Origin: an uncultured Pseudomonadota bacterium
GTDB lineage: Bacteria; Oederibacteriota; Muellerivitia; Muellerivitales; Muellerivitaceae
Assembly (NCBI GenBank): GCA_963770835.1
Contig: CAVYRH010000003.1
Coordinates: 128,001 to 192,000 of the forward strand
Direction of reading: 5' to 3'
Length of the DNA: 64,000 nt
Part shown: in pieces, positions 40,698 through 53,400 of the stretch
How the letters are laid out: each line of letters starts with the position of its first letter
Position numbering within the stretch: position 1 is the first letter of the stretch
Program-made: the position numbers and the translations under genes
Notes under the pieces: model-generated
What the model was told of the DNA's origin: nothing
The model's input: only the letters and a program-made list of their open reading frames with translations
The model's database searches: none

Positions 40698-43600
40698 GTG
40701 AAAAACTTAAGATTACTGCTGATGGCGACTTTCATTCTGGCAGTGGTGAACCACCCTGCGGCCTTCGCTGAACCGATGTTGAACTGGGCGGTCAACGGGG
40801 ATTTCAAGGGTAGCGGCGGCTGGACGGGAGGCCTCACAACCGAACCGGGTCGCGACAGCCAGCCCGCGGCCTCTTTAGAAAACACGAAGCCCACCTGGAC
40901 GGAGTGCGACCAGAAGATCAACCTGCCCCAACCCGCCCCACCCGTTGTTGAGGTTTCGGGTTGGTTGAAGACCGAGAACGTGGTCAAGGGGGCGAACGAT
41001 TGGGAAGTGGCCCGCATCACCGTGGTGTTTTACGACGCCCAAGGCAACCGGCTGGGGGATTGGCCCGCGCCGATTGCCCAAATCCAAGGCACCCACGATT
41101 GGGATTTTTATTCCAACCAATACAACGTTCCCAAGGGAACCGCCTGGGCTACACTGGGCATTTCCTTGGGCAACTGCACGGGCAAGGCATGGTTTTCGGA
41201 CCTCCGCTTCCTGGTTTACGATTACGATTTGAAGCCCTTGGCGCAGGGCCAGCCCACCCATCCCGACCGCAAGCCAGTAGTTTCCCAAAAGACGGAGAAT
41301 TGGCTTTTGAACCCGGATTTGGAGACTCCCGGCGACATGGCTTGGAGCCAAGCCCGCATCGCGGGACCTGGCCACCAATCCCTCCATTGCCTGGCCTTCC
41401 AGAACGACCAGCCGTCCTGGAACCTGTCGGGCCAAAATGTCTCGTTCCAGGACAAGGCTCCGGCTTTCGTGATTTACTCCGGCTGGGTGAAAACCGAAAA
41501 CGTCACGGTGGGCCAGCATGACTGGGAAGCCGCCCGCCTCGGGATCGACTTCCGGGACGCCAACAACAAACAGGTGGGCGGCTGGCAGGATTCGGTCTGC
41601 AAGGTTACCAGCACCACTGACTGGACTTATTATGAAAAAAAGTACAACGTGCCAACCGGCGCCGCCCAAGCCTACGTGGACTGTGGGCTGGGCAATTGCA
41701 CGGGCAAGGCCTGGGTGGATGACCTCTCCCTGAAGCTCCTGGACGCCCAGGGAAATCCCATCCCCACGGTCATCCAGTCCCAGCAGGTTTCAGATACTTC
41801 CGATTGGTACGCCTACCAACCCCCTGACAAGTTTTCGGATACGGCCCTGGACCTTTCTTTCCTCAATGACAAGCCCGCCGGAACCCACGGCTTCGTGTCC
41901 GCCCAGGGCGGGCATTTCACCTTCGCCGACGGCGCACGGGTGCGCTTTTGGGGCACGGACCTCGTGGGCCCCAACAATTTCCCCAGCCACAACCAGGCCG
42001 ACGCCCTGGCGGAGCGGCTCGCCAAGCTGGGCGTGAACATCATCCGCTTCCACATGCCCGAGTGCAGCTGGAGCGACAATAATTTCTTCGACCCCCACGC
42101 CGACAACACCCTGACCCTCAAGCCCGAGCAAGTGGACAAATTCGACTACCTGGTGGCGGTCCTGAAGAAGAACGGCATTTATTTTTATCCCGACTGGCTG
42201 GTGGACCGTAAGTTCCGGTCCGGGGACGGTGTCGCGGCCTACCAGGAACTGGAACCGGGCGCCAAGGGGGTCATCCATTTCGACCCGAAGATTATGGAGC
42301 TAACGAAGAAGTACGCCGAGGAACTCATCGGCCACGTGAACCCCTATACGGGCATGGCCTTGAAGGACGACCCGGCCTACGTGGGCAATGAGATCGTCAA
42401 CGAATCCTCCATCTTCTGTGGTTTCGGGGACCAAAAAATGCCCGACCCTTATTGGGACGAGCTGCAAAAGCTTTATTCCGCCTGGGGCGGCCAGGGAAAG
42501 ATCACCCGGTTCAAGTTCGACTGGGACACGCAAAAACTATTGCCGACCCAAAATCCGGAGAACGCCGACGCGAGCCTCAAATTCCTCCTCTATGAAGTCA
42601 CGAAGACCGATGGGGAAATGAAGGCCTTCCAGCGAAAGCTCAGCCCCCACGCGCTTTTGACCGGGACCAACATGGGCCTGCCGGTGTTGGGCAACATCAA
42701 GTCCGACGCCACGCTGGACTTCATGGACAGCCACGCCTATTGGGACCATCCCCAAATCTGGAACATCGTGGGCGGCTGGATCAACGTGTCCCACGCGCCC
42801 ATGAACAACAATTCCCAGCTCACCTCGCCCTTCCAGGGGTCGCTGATTTTCGGGCTGTGCCAGGACGCGGTGGAGGGAAAACCCCTCATCGTTACCGAGT
42901 GGAACGACTGTTTCCCCAACGAGTACCGCATTGAGGGGCCGGTGCTGATGGCGGCCTACGGCAGCCTGCAGGATTGGGATGGCATGCTTCAGTTCGACCA
43001 CGGCCTGGACCTGCCGGGAACGGTCAAGATGACCAACTTCGACATCGACAACCGCGTGGACGACCAGCCCCTCTACCAGGCGGGCGCGCTGATGTTCCGG
43101 CTGGGATACCTCAAGGCCGCCTCTGTCACCGTGGTGGAGTCCATCTCAGACAAGGCGGTTTTGGACAACGGCATGAAAAGCGAGTGGATATCCGACCACC
43201 CTTGGCTGCCCTATGTCGCGAAAGTGGAGAAACGCTTCACAGGGAAAAAGGAAGGGGAACCCCCGGACATCACGGGCATCGAGAAGCTCCACAGCGAAGC
43301 GGAAAAGGAAGTCGACAGTTCCACGGGCGAGGAAACCCTGGATTACGGAAAGGGCACCCTCAAGATCGACAGCCCCATGGCCCAAGGGCTGGTGGGCGCC
43401 ATCGGCAACGGCCAGGTGCTGGGCACGACCGGTTTGTGGATGCAGTTGGCCAAACGAAATCCCTGGGCAGCGGTCTTGGCCGTTTCCCTGGACCAAAAGC
43501 CCCTGGACAAGTCCGGCCGTTTCATGGTTTTCGCCGTGGCGCGGGCGGAGAACAGCGGCCAGGTTTTCAACGCTACTCGCACGGCCTTGAAAGACCCCGG

Positions 43601-43808
43601 CCAGCCGCCCGTCCTGATGCAGGGTGTGAAGGGGGAAATTTCCATCGTGGTGGACCCCTCCCGGCAATTCCAAGTGGTGCCGGTGGATGATTCGGGGAAA
43701 GAGGGGAGCCCCCTGAAGACCGCCATCGAACACGGCGGGTTAAAATTCAAAATTTCACCGACCGACCATACTTCTTATTACCTGGTGACCGGGAGCTCAA
43801 AGGACTAA
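40698..43808 (+). CDS. Secreted clan GH-A (GH5-like) glycoside hydrolase with two CBM4/9-like modules
   Basis: Signal peptide, duplicated SGW.KTENV...GLGNCTGKAW modules, GVNIIRFH, EIVNES, DSHAYW, VTEWN. Confidence 0.8.
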   Translation: MKNLRLLLMATFILAVVNHPAAFAEPMLNWAVNGDFKGSGGWTGGLTTEPGRDSQPAASLENTKPTWTECDQKINLPQPAPPVVEVSGWLKTENVVKGANDWEVARITVVFYDAQGNRLGDWPAPIAQIQGTHDWDFYSNQYNVPKGTAWATLGISLGNCTGKAWFSDLRFLVYDYDLKPLAQGQPTHPDRKPVVSQKTENWLLNPDLETPGDMAWSQARIAGPGHQSLHCLAFQNDQPSWNLSGQNVSFQDKAPAFVIYSGWVKTENVTVGQHDWEAARLGIDFRDANNKQVGGWQDSVCKVTSTTDWTYYEKKYNVPTGAAQAYVDCGLGNCTGKAWVDDLSLKLLDAQGNPIPTVIQSQQVSDTSDWYAYQPPDKFSDTALDLSFLNDKPAGTHGFVSAQGGHFTFADGARVRFWGTDLVGPNNFPSHNQADALAERLAKLGVNIIRFHMPECSWSDNNFFDPHADNTLTLKPEQVDKFDYLVAVLKKNGIYFYPDWLVDRKFRSGDGVAAYQELEPGAKGVIHFDPKIMELTKKYAEELIGHVNPYTGMALKDDPAYVGNEIVNESSIFCGFGDQKMPDPYWDELQKLYSAWGGQGKITRFKFDWDTQKLLPTQNPENADASLKFLLYEVTKTDGEMKAFQRKLSPHALLTGTNMGLPVLGNIKSDATLDFMDSHAYWDHPQIWNIVGGWINVSHAPMNNNSQLTSPFQGSLIFGLCQDAVEGKPLIVTEWNDCFPNEYRIEGPVLMAAYGSLQDWDGMLQFDHGLDLPGTVKMTNFDIDNRVDDQPLYQAGALMFRLGYLKAASVTVVESISDKAVLDNGMKSEWISDHPWLPYVAKVEKRFTGKKEGEPPDITGIEKLHSEAEKEVDSSTGEETLDYGKGTLKIDSPMAQGLVGAIGNGQVLGTTGLWMQLAKRNPWAAVLAVSLDQKPLDKSGRFMVFAVARAENSGQVFNATRTALKDPGQPPVLMQGVKGEISIVVDPSRQFQVVPVDDSGKEGSPLKTAIEHGGLKFKISPTDHTSYYLVTGSSKD

Positions 43809-44100
43809 AAAAATCGCCTTGTAGTTCTACGGATGGCAAATTCCCCGCCTTTTCCTCCGGAACAAAGCGGGGAGCCTCTGGTTTGTCCGGGTGCCGGGAA
43901 TTGGCCAAGTAAAAAGGCTGAACAGATTTTAGATTTTCTGACGGTTTACCGGTCCTTTCCCCCCTCCTTGGTTTACCGTTGAAGCGACTATCCCCCTTTA
44001 ATTTCATACCTTTTCATAGTTGGCTTCAAAAATGCATTTTAGAATTCCGCTTTGCCATTCGGTGCGGTTTTATCTACTAGGTCAAAATTCGGGGGTCGAT

Positions 44101-45717
44101 ATGAATTCAAGAACGATTTGGTCTGCGGCGTTAGGGTTGATCCTAGCTGGTGGCACCATGGTCGGATGTATCAGGCCTGTGGGAACACCGACGGTGCCCA
44201 TCCCTCCGGCCACCAATACCCCGACCACGGTCCCCGCCGGCCCCTGTACCAATGCCTACGGCTTAACCTGCACCTACACCCCGAACCTGACGGTGAGCCC
44301 ATCATCCACCTCCACCCGGACTCCCACCCCGGTTCCCTCCGCTACCGCCCCGCTTTCCGCGACGAGTACGTTCGTGCCGCCCACGGCCAGCTTCACCCCG
44401 TCCCCCACCGTGACCCATACGCCTGTCCCCCCCACGGCATCAGCCACCGCATCCTCCTCCGCCACGGCTACGGCCGATCCGTCGGTCCCGCCGACTTCCA
44501 CCCCGACTGCGACCGCCACCCGGACCATCGTTTCCACTTCCACGGTCACCTTCGTGCCGACGGCCACTTACACCCCGGTTTCCGGATGCGTCACGATGGG
44601 GACCCACGACCCTTCGCCGGTGATAACGATCGCGGTTGAACCGAATTATTACCTGGCCCGGGCCTATCCTGCCGGAACCATCTGCGGGACGGGCTTCAAT
44701 AATTTCCAAGCCTTCGTCGGGAACTTTGACTCGATTCCCGATAACCTGGAAGTGTCGGTTTATGACAACGGCACCCGGGTGGCGGACACCGTGCTGACGA
44801 TTCCCGCCTCGAGCCAAGGCTGGGTCTCGGCGCCCCTTCCCGCCTTTACCATCCCCTGTGGGGACCAGGTGGTACTGGTGGCCCATAGCCAGGGGCCGAC
44901 AATTTTCCTAGGGGCCGCCTATGGAACGGCAAATTGTGACAGCGAAGTGAAACCCCTGTCCGGTACTATGCCCTCCAGTTATCCCGATCCGGCCTTTCTC
45001 ACCTCGGGTGGTTCCTCCGGCTGGTGCTATGAGATGAGCCTGGATTCCTGCGCGTCGGGAACACCCGCCACCCCGACCCCCACTGGGACGGCAACTGCGG
45101 TTCCCTCTGCCACGCCCACGACCACCCCGCACATGACGCCCACGATCTCCGTCCCTGGCAGCGGCATTTTTTGGGGTCCGGCGGAAATTGGTTCTTTTCC
45201 AGGCGTCACAGGGTGGCTTTCCTTAGCCGTTAACGGAAGCCCGGAGTCGACAGCGGGAGTCACCCTGACCACCCCCTCTGGCAACGTGCCTTTTACTTAT
45301 TCCGGCGTCAATGGTTCCATGGCGGCCTACTCTCCCGCCTCTTCCTTCACCTATATACCCGGCGGCACCTATACCATGACGACGGTCACTTCTATAGGAA
45401 CCGCTACGGCCTCGTTGGTGGCCCCCGGGCCTGTTTCCATCGCTCCGGACGGATCCCAGGCCTCGTGGACCTACGAGGGGAATGAGGATTACGTCACGGT
45501 CCAGGAACTGTTTTCACCCTATAACTTCACGCTTCAGACCTACAACCTGACGTCGGATGTGGATTCGCCCTATTCCATACCCGCTTCGGCCTACCCCGCT
45601 TCGGGCAATTATTCCGTTTTTCCCGTGGCCCAAAGCTCGACTTATAACGTGACGAATGCTGCTGCGGGCTCGCGATTCACGGTCACCTGTTGGAATTCCC
45701 TCGACGTTATGAAATAA
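44101..45717 (+). CDS. Pro/Thr-rich lipoprotein
   Basis: Lipobox-like MVGC, long PT/ST linkers separating globular domains. Confidence 0.7.
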   Translation: MNSRTIWSAALGLILAGGTMVGCIRPVGTPTVPIPPATNTPTTVPAGPCTNAYGLTCTYTPNLTVSPSSTSTRTPTPVPSATAPLSATSTFVPPTASFTPSPTVTHTPVPPTASATASSSATATADPSVPPTSTPTATATRTIVSTSTVTFVPTATYTPVSGCVTMGTHDPSPVITIAVEPNYYLARAYPAGTICGTGFNNFQAFVGNFDSIPDNLEVSVYDNGTRVADTVLTIPASSQGWVSAPLPAFTIPCGDQVVLVAHSQGPTIFLGAAYGTANCDSEVKPLSGTMPSSYPDPAFLTSGGSSGWCYEMSLDSCASGTPATPTPTGTATAVPSATPTTTPHMTPTISVPGSGIFWGPAEIGSFPGVTGWLSLAVNGSPESTAGVTLTTPSGNVPFTYSGVNGSMAAYSPASSFTYIPGGTYTMTTVTSIGTATASLVAPGPVSIAPDGSQASWTYEGNEDYVTVQELFSPYNFTLQTYNLTSDVDSPYSIPASAYPASGNYSVFPVAQSSTYNVTNAAAGSRFTVTCWNSLDVMK

Positions 45718-45732
45718 AATTCTGGTGATAGA

Positions 45733-45770
45733 GGCCGCCCTTTCCATGAAAGGGCGGCTTTTTTGTTTTT
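45733..45770 (+). terminator. Intrinsic terminator
   Basis: GCCGCCCTTTC-cat-GAAAGGGCGGC followed by a T-tract. Confidence 0.85.
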
Positions 45771-45859
45771 GGGCAAGAAGGTGGAATGGGCGGGACATCG
45801 AGGGCCCAGACCGGCAAGGACAAGTCGATTTTTTGCCTGATTTTAAAGATAATCATCCG

Positions 45860-46528
45860 ATGCCAAACTTATCCGCCGATAAAGTTTTTCTCAAAACTAA
45901 CGAAATCTACCTGAGCCTCCAGGGCGAATCCACCTGGGCAGGGCTGCCCTGCGTCTTCGTGCGCCTGACCGGCTGTTCCCTCCGCTGTTCCTGGTGTGAT
46001 ACGGCCTATGCCTTCTATCAGGGAAAAGACGAAGGTTTGGAGGAAGTGCTGAAGAAGGTGGATTCTTTCGGCGTAAAGCTGGTGGAGATCACCGGTGGGG
46101 AACCGCTGGAGCAGGAAGGGGTTTACCCGTTGATGGAAGCCCTCCTTCAAAAGGGCTACAAGGTTCTCCTGGAAACCAGCGGGGCGGTGGACCTGGGCCG
46201 GGTCCCCCGGGCCGTGGTGAAGATCATGGATGTCAAATGTCCAGGATCCGGGGAAGATGCCCGGAACCTGTGGAGTAATTTGGATAAGCTGGTCCCGGGA
46301 CTGGACGAGATCAAGTTTGTCATCCAGGACAGGGCGGATTACGATTACGCCAAGGAAGTCTTGGACCGGCACCGATTACCGGGGATGTACACTCTGCTGT
46401 TTTCTGCTTCCCATGAGACTTTAGAACCCGCCCGCCTGGCCGAATGGATCACGGCGGACCGCCTTCCGGTGAGGATGCAGCTTCAGATGCACAAGTACAT
46501 TTGGCCAAACGAAACAAAAGGCCGATAA
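45860..46528 (+). CDS. queE: 7-carboxy-7-deazaguanine synthase (radical SAM)
   Basis: SLQGES, CSLRCSWCDT, TGGEPL, QMHKYIW; adjacent to queC. Confidence 0.93.
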   Translation: MPNLSADKVFLKTNEIYLSLQGESTWAGLPCVFVRLTGCSLRCSWCDTAYAFYQGKDEGLEEVLKKVDSFGVKLVEITGGEPLEQEGVYPLMEALLQKGYKVLLETSGAVDLGRVPRAVVKIMDVKCPGSGEDARNLWSNLDKLVPGLDEIKFVIQDRADYDYAKEVLDRHRLPGMYTLLFSASHETLEPARLAEWITADRLPVRMQLQMHKYIWPNETKGR

Positions 46529-46529
46529 G

Positions 46530-46621
46530 CAGTCGACAGTCGGCAGGTGACAGTCGACGGTTACTCCCTCAATTTGTTATCCGTGGTTTTGCTGTCGACC
46601 GTCGACTGTGAACTGTTAACT
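46530..46621. repeat. Heptamer-arm (GTCGACA/TGTCGAC) palindromic element
   Basis: CAGTCGACAGTCGGCAG.. left arm and CTGTCGACCGTCGACTG.. right arm. Confidence 0.75.
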
Positions 46622-46655
46622 AGTGACGAATTGGTGAATTGGGGAGAAACGGTAA

Positions 46656-47342
46656 ATGAAACGTCGCAAAGCCATTGTCCTAGTGTCGGGAGGTTTAGAT
46701 TCGACCACTTGTTTGGCCATCGCTAAGAAACAAGGTTATGAACTTTACGCCCTGACCCTTTTTTACGGCCAACGGCACAAGGTGGAGCTCCAAGCCGCCC
46801 GGAAAGTGGCCAAGGTTTACGGGGTCAAAAAACACCTGGAATTGGAAGTGCCCCTTACCGCCATCGGAGGATCGGCCCTCACCGATAAAAAGATTAAAGT
46901 TCCAAAACAAAGAAGCCTTAAAGAGATGGAGAAGGGAATTCCCCCCACCTATGTCCCGGCCCGCAATACGGTTTTTCTTTCGCTAGCTTTGGCCTGGGCG
47001 GAAGTCCTAGGGGCGGAAAACATCTTTATTGGGGTGAACGCCCTGGACTACAGCGGCTATCCCGACTGCCGGCCGGAGTTCATCCGGGCTTACGAACGCC
47101 TCGCGAAACTGGCCACCCAAAAAGGGGTGGAAGGGAAATGGAAACTCAAAATTCATACACCGCTTATCCGCATGAGCAAAGCCCAAATCATTCGAACGGG
47201 TTTGAAATTGGGCGTGGATTACGGGATGACCTGGTCCTGTTACGACCCAACCCCATCGGGGAAACCCTGCGGCCGGTGCGATTCCTGCCTTCTTCGGGAG
47301 AAAGGATTCAGGGAAGTTGGCTGTGAAAATCAAAACGGTTAA
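46656..47342 (+). CDS. queC: 7-cyano-7-deazaguanine synthase
   Basis: SGGLDS, YGQRH, TYVPARN, SGYPDCR, CGRCDSC. Confidence 0.96.
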   Translation: MKRRKAIVLVSGGLDSTTCLAIAKKQGYELYALTLFYGQRHKVELQAARKVAKVYGVKKHLELEVPLTAIGGSALTDKKIKVPKQRSLKEMEKGIPPTYVPARNTVFLSLALAWAEVLGAENIFIGVNALDYSGYPDCRPEFIRAYERLAKLATQKGVEGKWKLKIHTPLIRMSKAQIIRTGLKLGVDYGMTWSCYDPTPSGKPCGRCDSCLLREKGFREVGCENQNG

Positions 47343-47496
47343 TTAAGGTTAATTATTAGTAAATAATATTTTTTCTTTCGCTTTTTTGGGGTTTTCAGAG
47401 AGTTCTATTTCATCGTAAAAACTAAACGAAGTAGTAGAATTGGGGCCTGTCTTTAAACTTTGTTATTTTGAAACATATCAACTGGAACGGTATTCA

Positions 47497-50400
47497 ATGA
47501 TTCGGAACGCCAAAAAGTCTAGCCCTCTCTTGTTTATGGCCTTTCTTCTTGTTTCCATCGCTTGGGATAATACTTTTGCTTTCTCCTCCAATGAGTCCGC
47601 TTTTCTGGAGTGGGGTCAAAAATACTTCACCGCCGGATATCCCAATGGCCAGAACGCGGATCAGAACACCGTCTATAATCCGGAGGGTGTTTTTTACGAC
47701 GGGGCTCACTTCTTTGTTGCGGACAAATTAAACAACAGGGTTTTGATTTTTAACTCTATTCCGTCGGGAACGGATGCAAACGCGGATGTGGTTATTGGCC
47801 AAACCGATTTTGGCTCGAATTGCGCCAATCAATCCGGCCCTGTTGCCGCGAATACTTTGAACAATCCATCCGGAATCTACAGTAACGGTACGACACTTCT
47901 CGTCGCCGATACCGGGAACAACCGCGTTTTAGTTTTTTACCAAATACCCACTTCCAATAATGCCTCGGCTGACCTCGTCATCGGCCAGCCGGATATGGTG
48001 AGCAATAAATACAACCAGGGAACTTCCCCTCCTGCCGCCAATACACTGGGGGGGCCTTACAATGTTTTTAGTTCCGGCTCGAGCATAGTGATCTCGGATT
48101 GGGCCAACAACCGGATTTTGATCTTCAATAGTTTCCCCACGTCAAACAACGCATTTGCAGATGTCGTGGTCGGACAGTCCGGTTTCGGCGGCTACTTGTC
48201 CAATCAAGGGGGGGGGATTGGGGCTAATACGCTCAATCAACCTTATTACGCCTTTACGGTGGGCAATAAGCTTTTGATTTCCGATTCGGGAAACAGCCGC
48301 GTTCTTATCTTCAACAACGTACCGTCGTCCAACAACGCCTCGGCCGATTTGGTGCTGGGGCAAAGCAGTTTTTCAGGCAACCTGGCCAATGAAGCCGGGA
48401 ATCCCGGCGCCAACACCCTTTATTTTCCGGAAGGCCTATATAGCGATGGAACCAAGCTATTCGTTGCGGATACCTCGAACCAAAGGGTCCTTGTTTTTAA
48501 CAACATTCCATCCGTTACAAATGCTTCCGCGGATCTGGTGATCGGCCAATCCTTCTTTAATAATAATTCCCCGAACCAGGCTGGAAGTCCAGGCGCTAAT
48601 ACTCTCGAAGCCCCCTATGGGATTTGTGGGAATGGAACGTTCGTCGCAATTTCAGATCAGAACAATCAAAGGGTTCTTCTTTATAATAACGAACCTGTTG
48701 CTAACAATACGTTTGCGGATGCGGTGGTAGGACAAATTGGATTCACCCAGACCAGTTTCAACCAGGGGCCGGTAACAACCGCTTCCAATTATCAACAACC
48801 CCAAGGGGCCTATTCGGACGGGACAAGACTTTTTGTTGCGGATTCGGCCAATAACAGAGTTTTAATCTATAACAGAATTCCAACCTCCAGCGGTGTTCCT
48901 GCGGATGTGGTTATCGGCCAACCGGATTTTGTTTCCAACAAAGCCAACCAGGGTAGCGCAGTAGGCCCGAACACACTCAACTTCCCTTATAAGGTTTACA
49001 GCGATGGAAGCCGGCTTTATATCGCAGATACTAATAATAACCGTGTACTTGTTTACAACTCATTCCCCACCACGAACAACGCCTCGGCTGACATGGTGAT
49101 CGGTCAATCCGGCCTGTCAGCCAACTCGCCTAACCAGGGGGGCTCTATTGGACCGAATACCTTGGCCCAACCTTGGGACGTCAAGGGGGATGGTACCCAT
49201 TTGGTCATCACCGACCGTGGGAACGGCCGCATCCTGATTTACAACAGTACTCCCGTCACCAGCAACGCCCCCGCCAACGTGGCGGTGGGAGCGGCCAACC
49301 TCACCAGCGGGGGCGGGGGCTCGGGAGCCAACCGTTTCAGCAATTTGGGAGATGCTTTTAGCGACGGAACCCACCTTTTCGCGGCGGATCAGAATAATAA
49401 CCGGGTTCTTATTTTCAACAGCCTGCCTGTGACCAACAATGCATCGGCGGATGTTGTGGTGGGCCAGGCCAGCTTTACCGGAACCCAAGGTAACCAGGGG
49501 GGCGGCGTTAGTGCCCAAGCCCTTGCCATTCCCGCCGGGGTCTATTCCGATGGGACGAGGCTATTTATCGCCGATGAATACAATAATCGTGTCCTTGTTT
49601 ATTCCAGCATTCCCGTTACCAACAATACTCCGGCGAATTACGTTTTGGGACAACCCAATTTCACTAGCGACAACTATAACGAAGGCGGGTGTTCTGTGGC
49701 CTTCAGCCTTTACCATCCATGGGATGTACAGGCGCAATCGGGCGGTCTTTTTGTGGCGGACCAAAACAACAGCCGGGTTCTTTACTTCCAAGATAACGCG
49801 ACCCCCGTTCCCACATTTACTTTTACCTATACTCCCACCGGGTCGCTTACCTATACTCCCACCTTAACGCCCACCTTTACTCCCACGGCGACTGTAACTT
49901 CGACCCCGTCCAACAGCCCTACTTCCACTCCAACAAACAGTACCACGACGACCTCCACTTGGACTTCGACACCCGTCTTAAGCTTTACTCCCACCAGTTC
50001 CCCTACCCCCTCCATGACACCGGCGCCCACCAACACCCTGGTCCCAGTTGCCTGCTCCTCCGATAATACCTCGGGCCTTGCGTCGTCAGGATCGGTAACC
50101 CTTAATCCCTCAAACGATTTTGTCCCTCTGTGCAATGGGTGGGTGGCCTATGGGGACCGGACGAACAACCAAATCGTCATCATCAACGTCGCGACAGGGG
50201 CCGTGAACCAATATTTCCAACTACCCGGGCCACCCGGCCGGATCGGCTTTGATTCTTCCCATTCCCGCTTGTTTGCCACTGTGGACAACATGAACGTGCT
50301 GGCGAAGGTCGATCTGAACACCGAACAAGCCAGCTTGATCAACATTAACGGGCAGGCCATGTTCTTGGCGATTGGAAACGGAGGATTGGTGTTTGTGGAT

Positions 50401-53400
50401 GAAAATACCACCTCCGGCGGCGCTATCCAGGTAATCGACGGAGGATCGGGAATCGTCGATATGACATACCCCAACAGCTATATCGGCTTTCTAGCTTATG
50501 ACCATGTCCACGATCAATTGTTTCTTGGATCCTATGGGTCTTCGCCCTCCTCCCTCTATAGGTACGGCTTCAACCCCACCAATTTTTCGTTGGTTCTGCA
50601 ACAGGGAAGGGCTTGGGGTACCAACGGAGTGAACCTGACGGTTTCCCCCGATGGGGACCATGTGGCTTTTGTTTGCGCAGGGGGCAATGGTTATGGATAC
50701 AACGTCGTTGATATCAGCACGACGGACATCAATACTTCTTATGGAATTTGGAGTGTTTCAGCAAATGCCGCGGGTTTCAGCCCGGACAGTCGTTACTTGC
50801 TGGCAACGAACGGTTCAAATTTATCGGTGTTTGACGTCCCCACCCATATTCTTTTGCAAAGTTTCAGCATGAATCAATCTGTCGCCAACCAAAGGGCATT
50901 CTTTTCCCCGGGTGGTTCTATACTTTACAACTTTGACACCTATGGAATTTACAATCAGTCTAGCGTCTTAAATTGGCAGTTATTCACCCCTCAGCCCACG
51001 CCCACGCCCGGGATGACCCCGGCTCCGACATCCATCCCTTATGCCTGCAATTTGGATAACACCACGGGATTTCCCTATTCCGGGTCGTTGGCCATCAACA
51101 CCGCCCAGGATTTCATCCCGATGTGCAGCGGTTGGGTGATTATTCCTGACCAGAAGCTCAACCAGGTCTTGATTAAAAACGTAGAGACTGGAACCACTAA
51201 CCGGATTTACCAATTAAACGCCTGCCCGGTCTACGCTGGTTTGGATGCCGCCCAGGGTGTTGTTTACGTTGTTATGAAGGGCTCTAGCTTCCTGGCGAAA
51301 ATCAACCTTCAGGACGACTCTATTCACTATATCTCCCTGGATTGGATTCCCTTCGATTTGGCGGTTGGAAATAATGGCAATGTCTTCGTCATTGGATACA
51401 ATTACCCCGCTTCCCTGGCGGTGGTCAACGGAACGACTGAAACAGTAGGGAGCCTCATCCAGGCGAGCGATAGTGCTTTGATCACCTACGACCAATTCAA
51501 CAACCAACTTTTCCTCAGCGATTACGACTTCGAACCTTCCACTCTTCACCGCTATTCCTTCAACCCGGCCACGGGCCAATTGACCCCGGCCCAATATATC
51601 CAGGGTGGTGGGATGTCCCAGAAGGTGGCCGTTTCGTTGGATGGAAACCACATGGTTTTCGCCCCTTCCGGCGGCAGCATGATCGGAAGTAATTATTATT
51701 TGAACGACTACAATCCGTTGAATTTAAACGTCATCGACGGCAATTGGAATGTCGGCGATTATCCTTATTCCGTCGCTTTCAGCCGGGATTCCCGATTTTT
51801 CATGGAATCGGATGGGAACGGCTTGGTGTTATTTTCTGCTCAAAATTATTCGTTCCAGACGAATTTCTCTCTGAGCACTTCCGGCGATGTCATCAAGACT
51901 GGAATTTCCAACGGTGATGCCATTCTTTACGGTCTCCGTCAAAGTTCAACGGTCAGCGAAATAGACTGGCGTGTCCTACCTTTTTTCACACCTTTTCCAA
52001 CGGCAACTCCCACTTTCACGGCCAGCCAGACTCCGACGAACACAGGGACTTCAACAGCAACATCGACAGCTTCTGGCACGCCTACCTTGACACCGACATT
52101 CACCTCTAGCAATACCGCCACCAATACCTCCACACCGGACCCGACCGATACCCCGACGAACAGTCCCACGAATACCCCGACTAGCACAGCCACCAGCTCG
52201 GCCACAAATACCGCTACAAATTCAGCCACGAATACGGCCACCAACACCTCGACCCCCGACCCCACCGACACACCTACTTCGACGGCCACGAATACCACTA
52301 CCCAAACCGCCACCTATACCCCGACCTTGACGGCAACCTTAACAGCTTCCAACACCTCCACACCCGACCCAACCGATACCCCGACCAACACTCCCACAAA
52401 TTCGGCTACGAACACAGCCACCCTGACCGCCACCAACACTTCGACCCCCGACCCCACCGACACTTCAACCTCGACGGCCACTTCGACCGCCTCGAATACC
52501 TCGACCCCTGATCCTACGGACACTCCAACCAATACACCGACCAACACAGCGACGAGCACCCCGACCTTGACGGCCACCTACACTCCCACCAACTCCGCCA
52601 CCAACACCCCAACCAATTCGGCCACGAACACCGCCACGCTGACGGCCACACAGACTCCCACGAATTCAGCGACCCTGACGCCCACCTCCACGCCCACGGC
52701 CACTTTGACCTTCTCCAACACGCCAACCTCCACCCCGACCAAGACCACCACCGCCACGCCCACCTTGACTCCCACTTCCACTCCCACCAAAACCGCCACG
52801 GCCACGGCGACCGGGACGCCCACGATTACGCCGACGCCGACAAAGACCGAATTCACCCACGAATACCGCGACGCTGACGGCCACCTATAGTCCGACACAA
52901 ACCGCGACCAACTCGGCAACGAATACGCTCACCAACACACCGACCTTGACCACCACCAATACGCCCACGAATACGACGACGGCAACGCCGTCCAGTACTC
53001 CTTCCGCCACGCCGACATTCACCCCGACCAAGACCGCTACTCCCAGCTTGACGCCCACTTCCACGCCCACCAAAACCGCCACCGCCACGGTGACTGGAAC
53101 GGCGACCATGACGTCGACATCGTCCAAAACTGCGACGTCCGGTTCAACGGTCACCAAGACCCCCACGGCCACAGTGACCCCGACGTTCACCAAGACCCTG
53201 ACGCCCACTTCCATGCCCACCCGGACCTCCACGGCCACCGTGACCCGGACCTTGACGTCGACGGCCACGCGCACCCCAACTCCCGCGGCCACCTCCACGC
53301 CCACGGCGGCCGCCACCTGCGGCATCAGTGCCTTGAGCCTGCAACTTAAGGAATTCACCACTTGCGCGGCCAACCAGGGCTCGGAAACCCTCGAGGTCGT

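Noticed and set aside
45720..45860. preQ1 riboswitch upstream of queE-queC
   Set aside because: No preQ1 stem-loop plus A-rich tail seen; only the upstream gene's terminator
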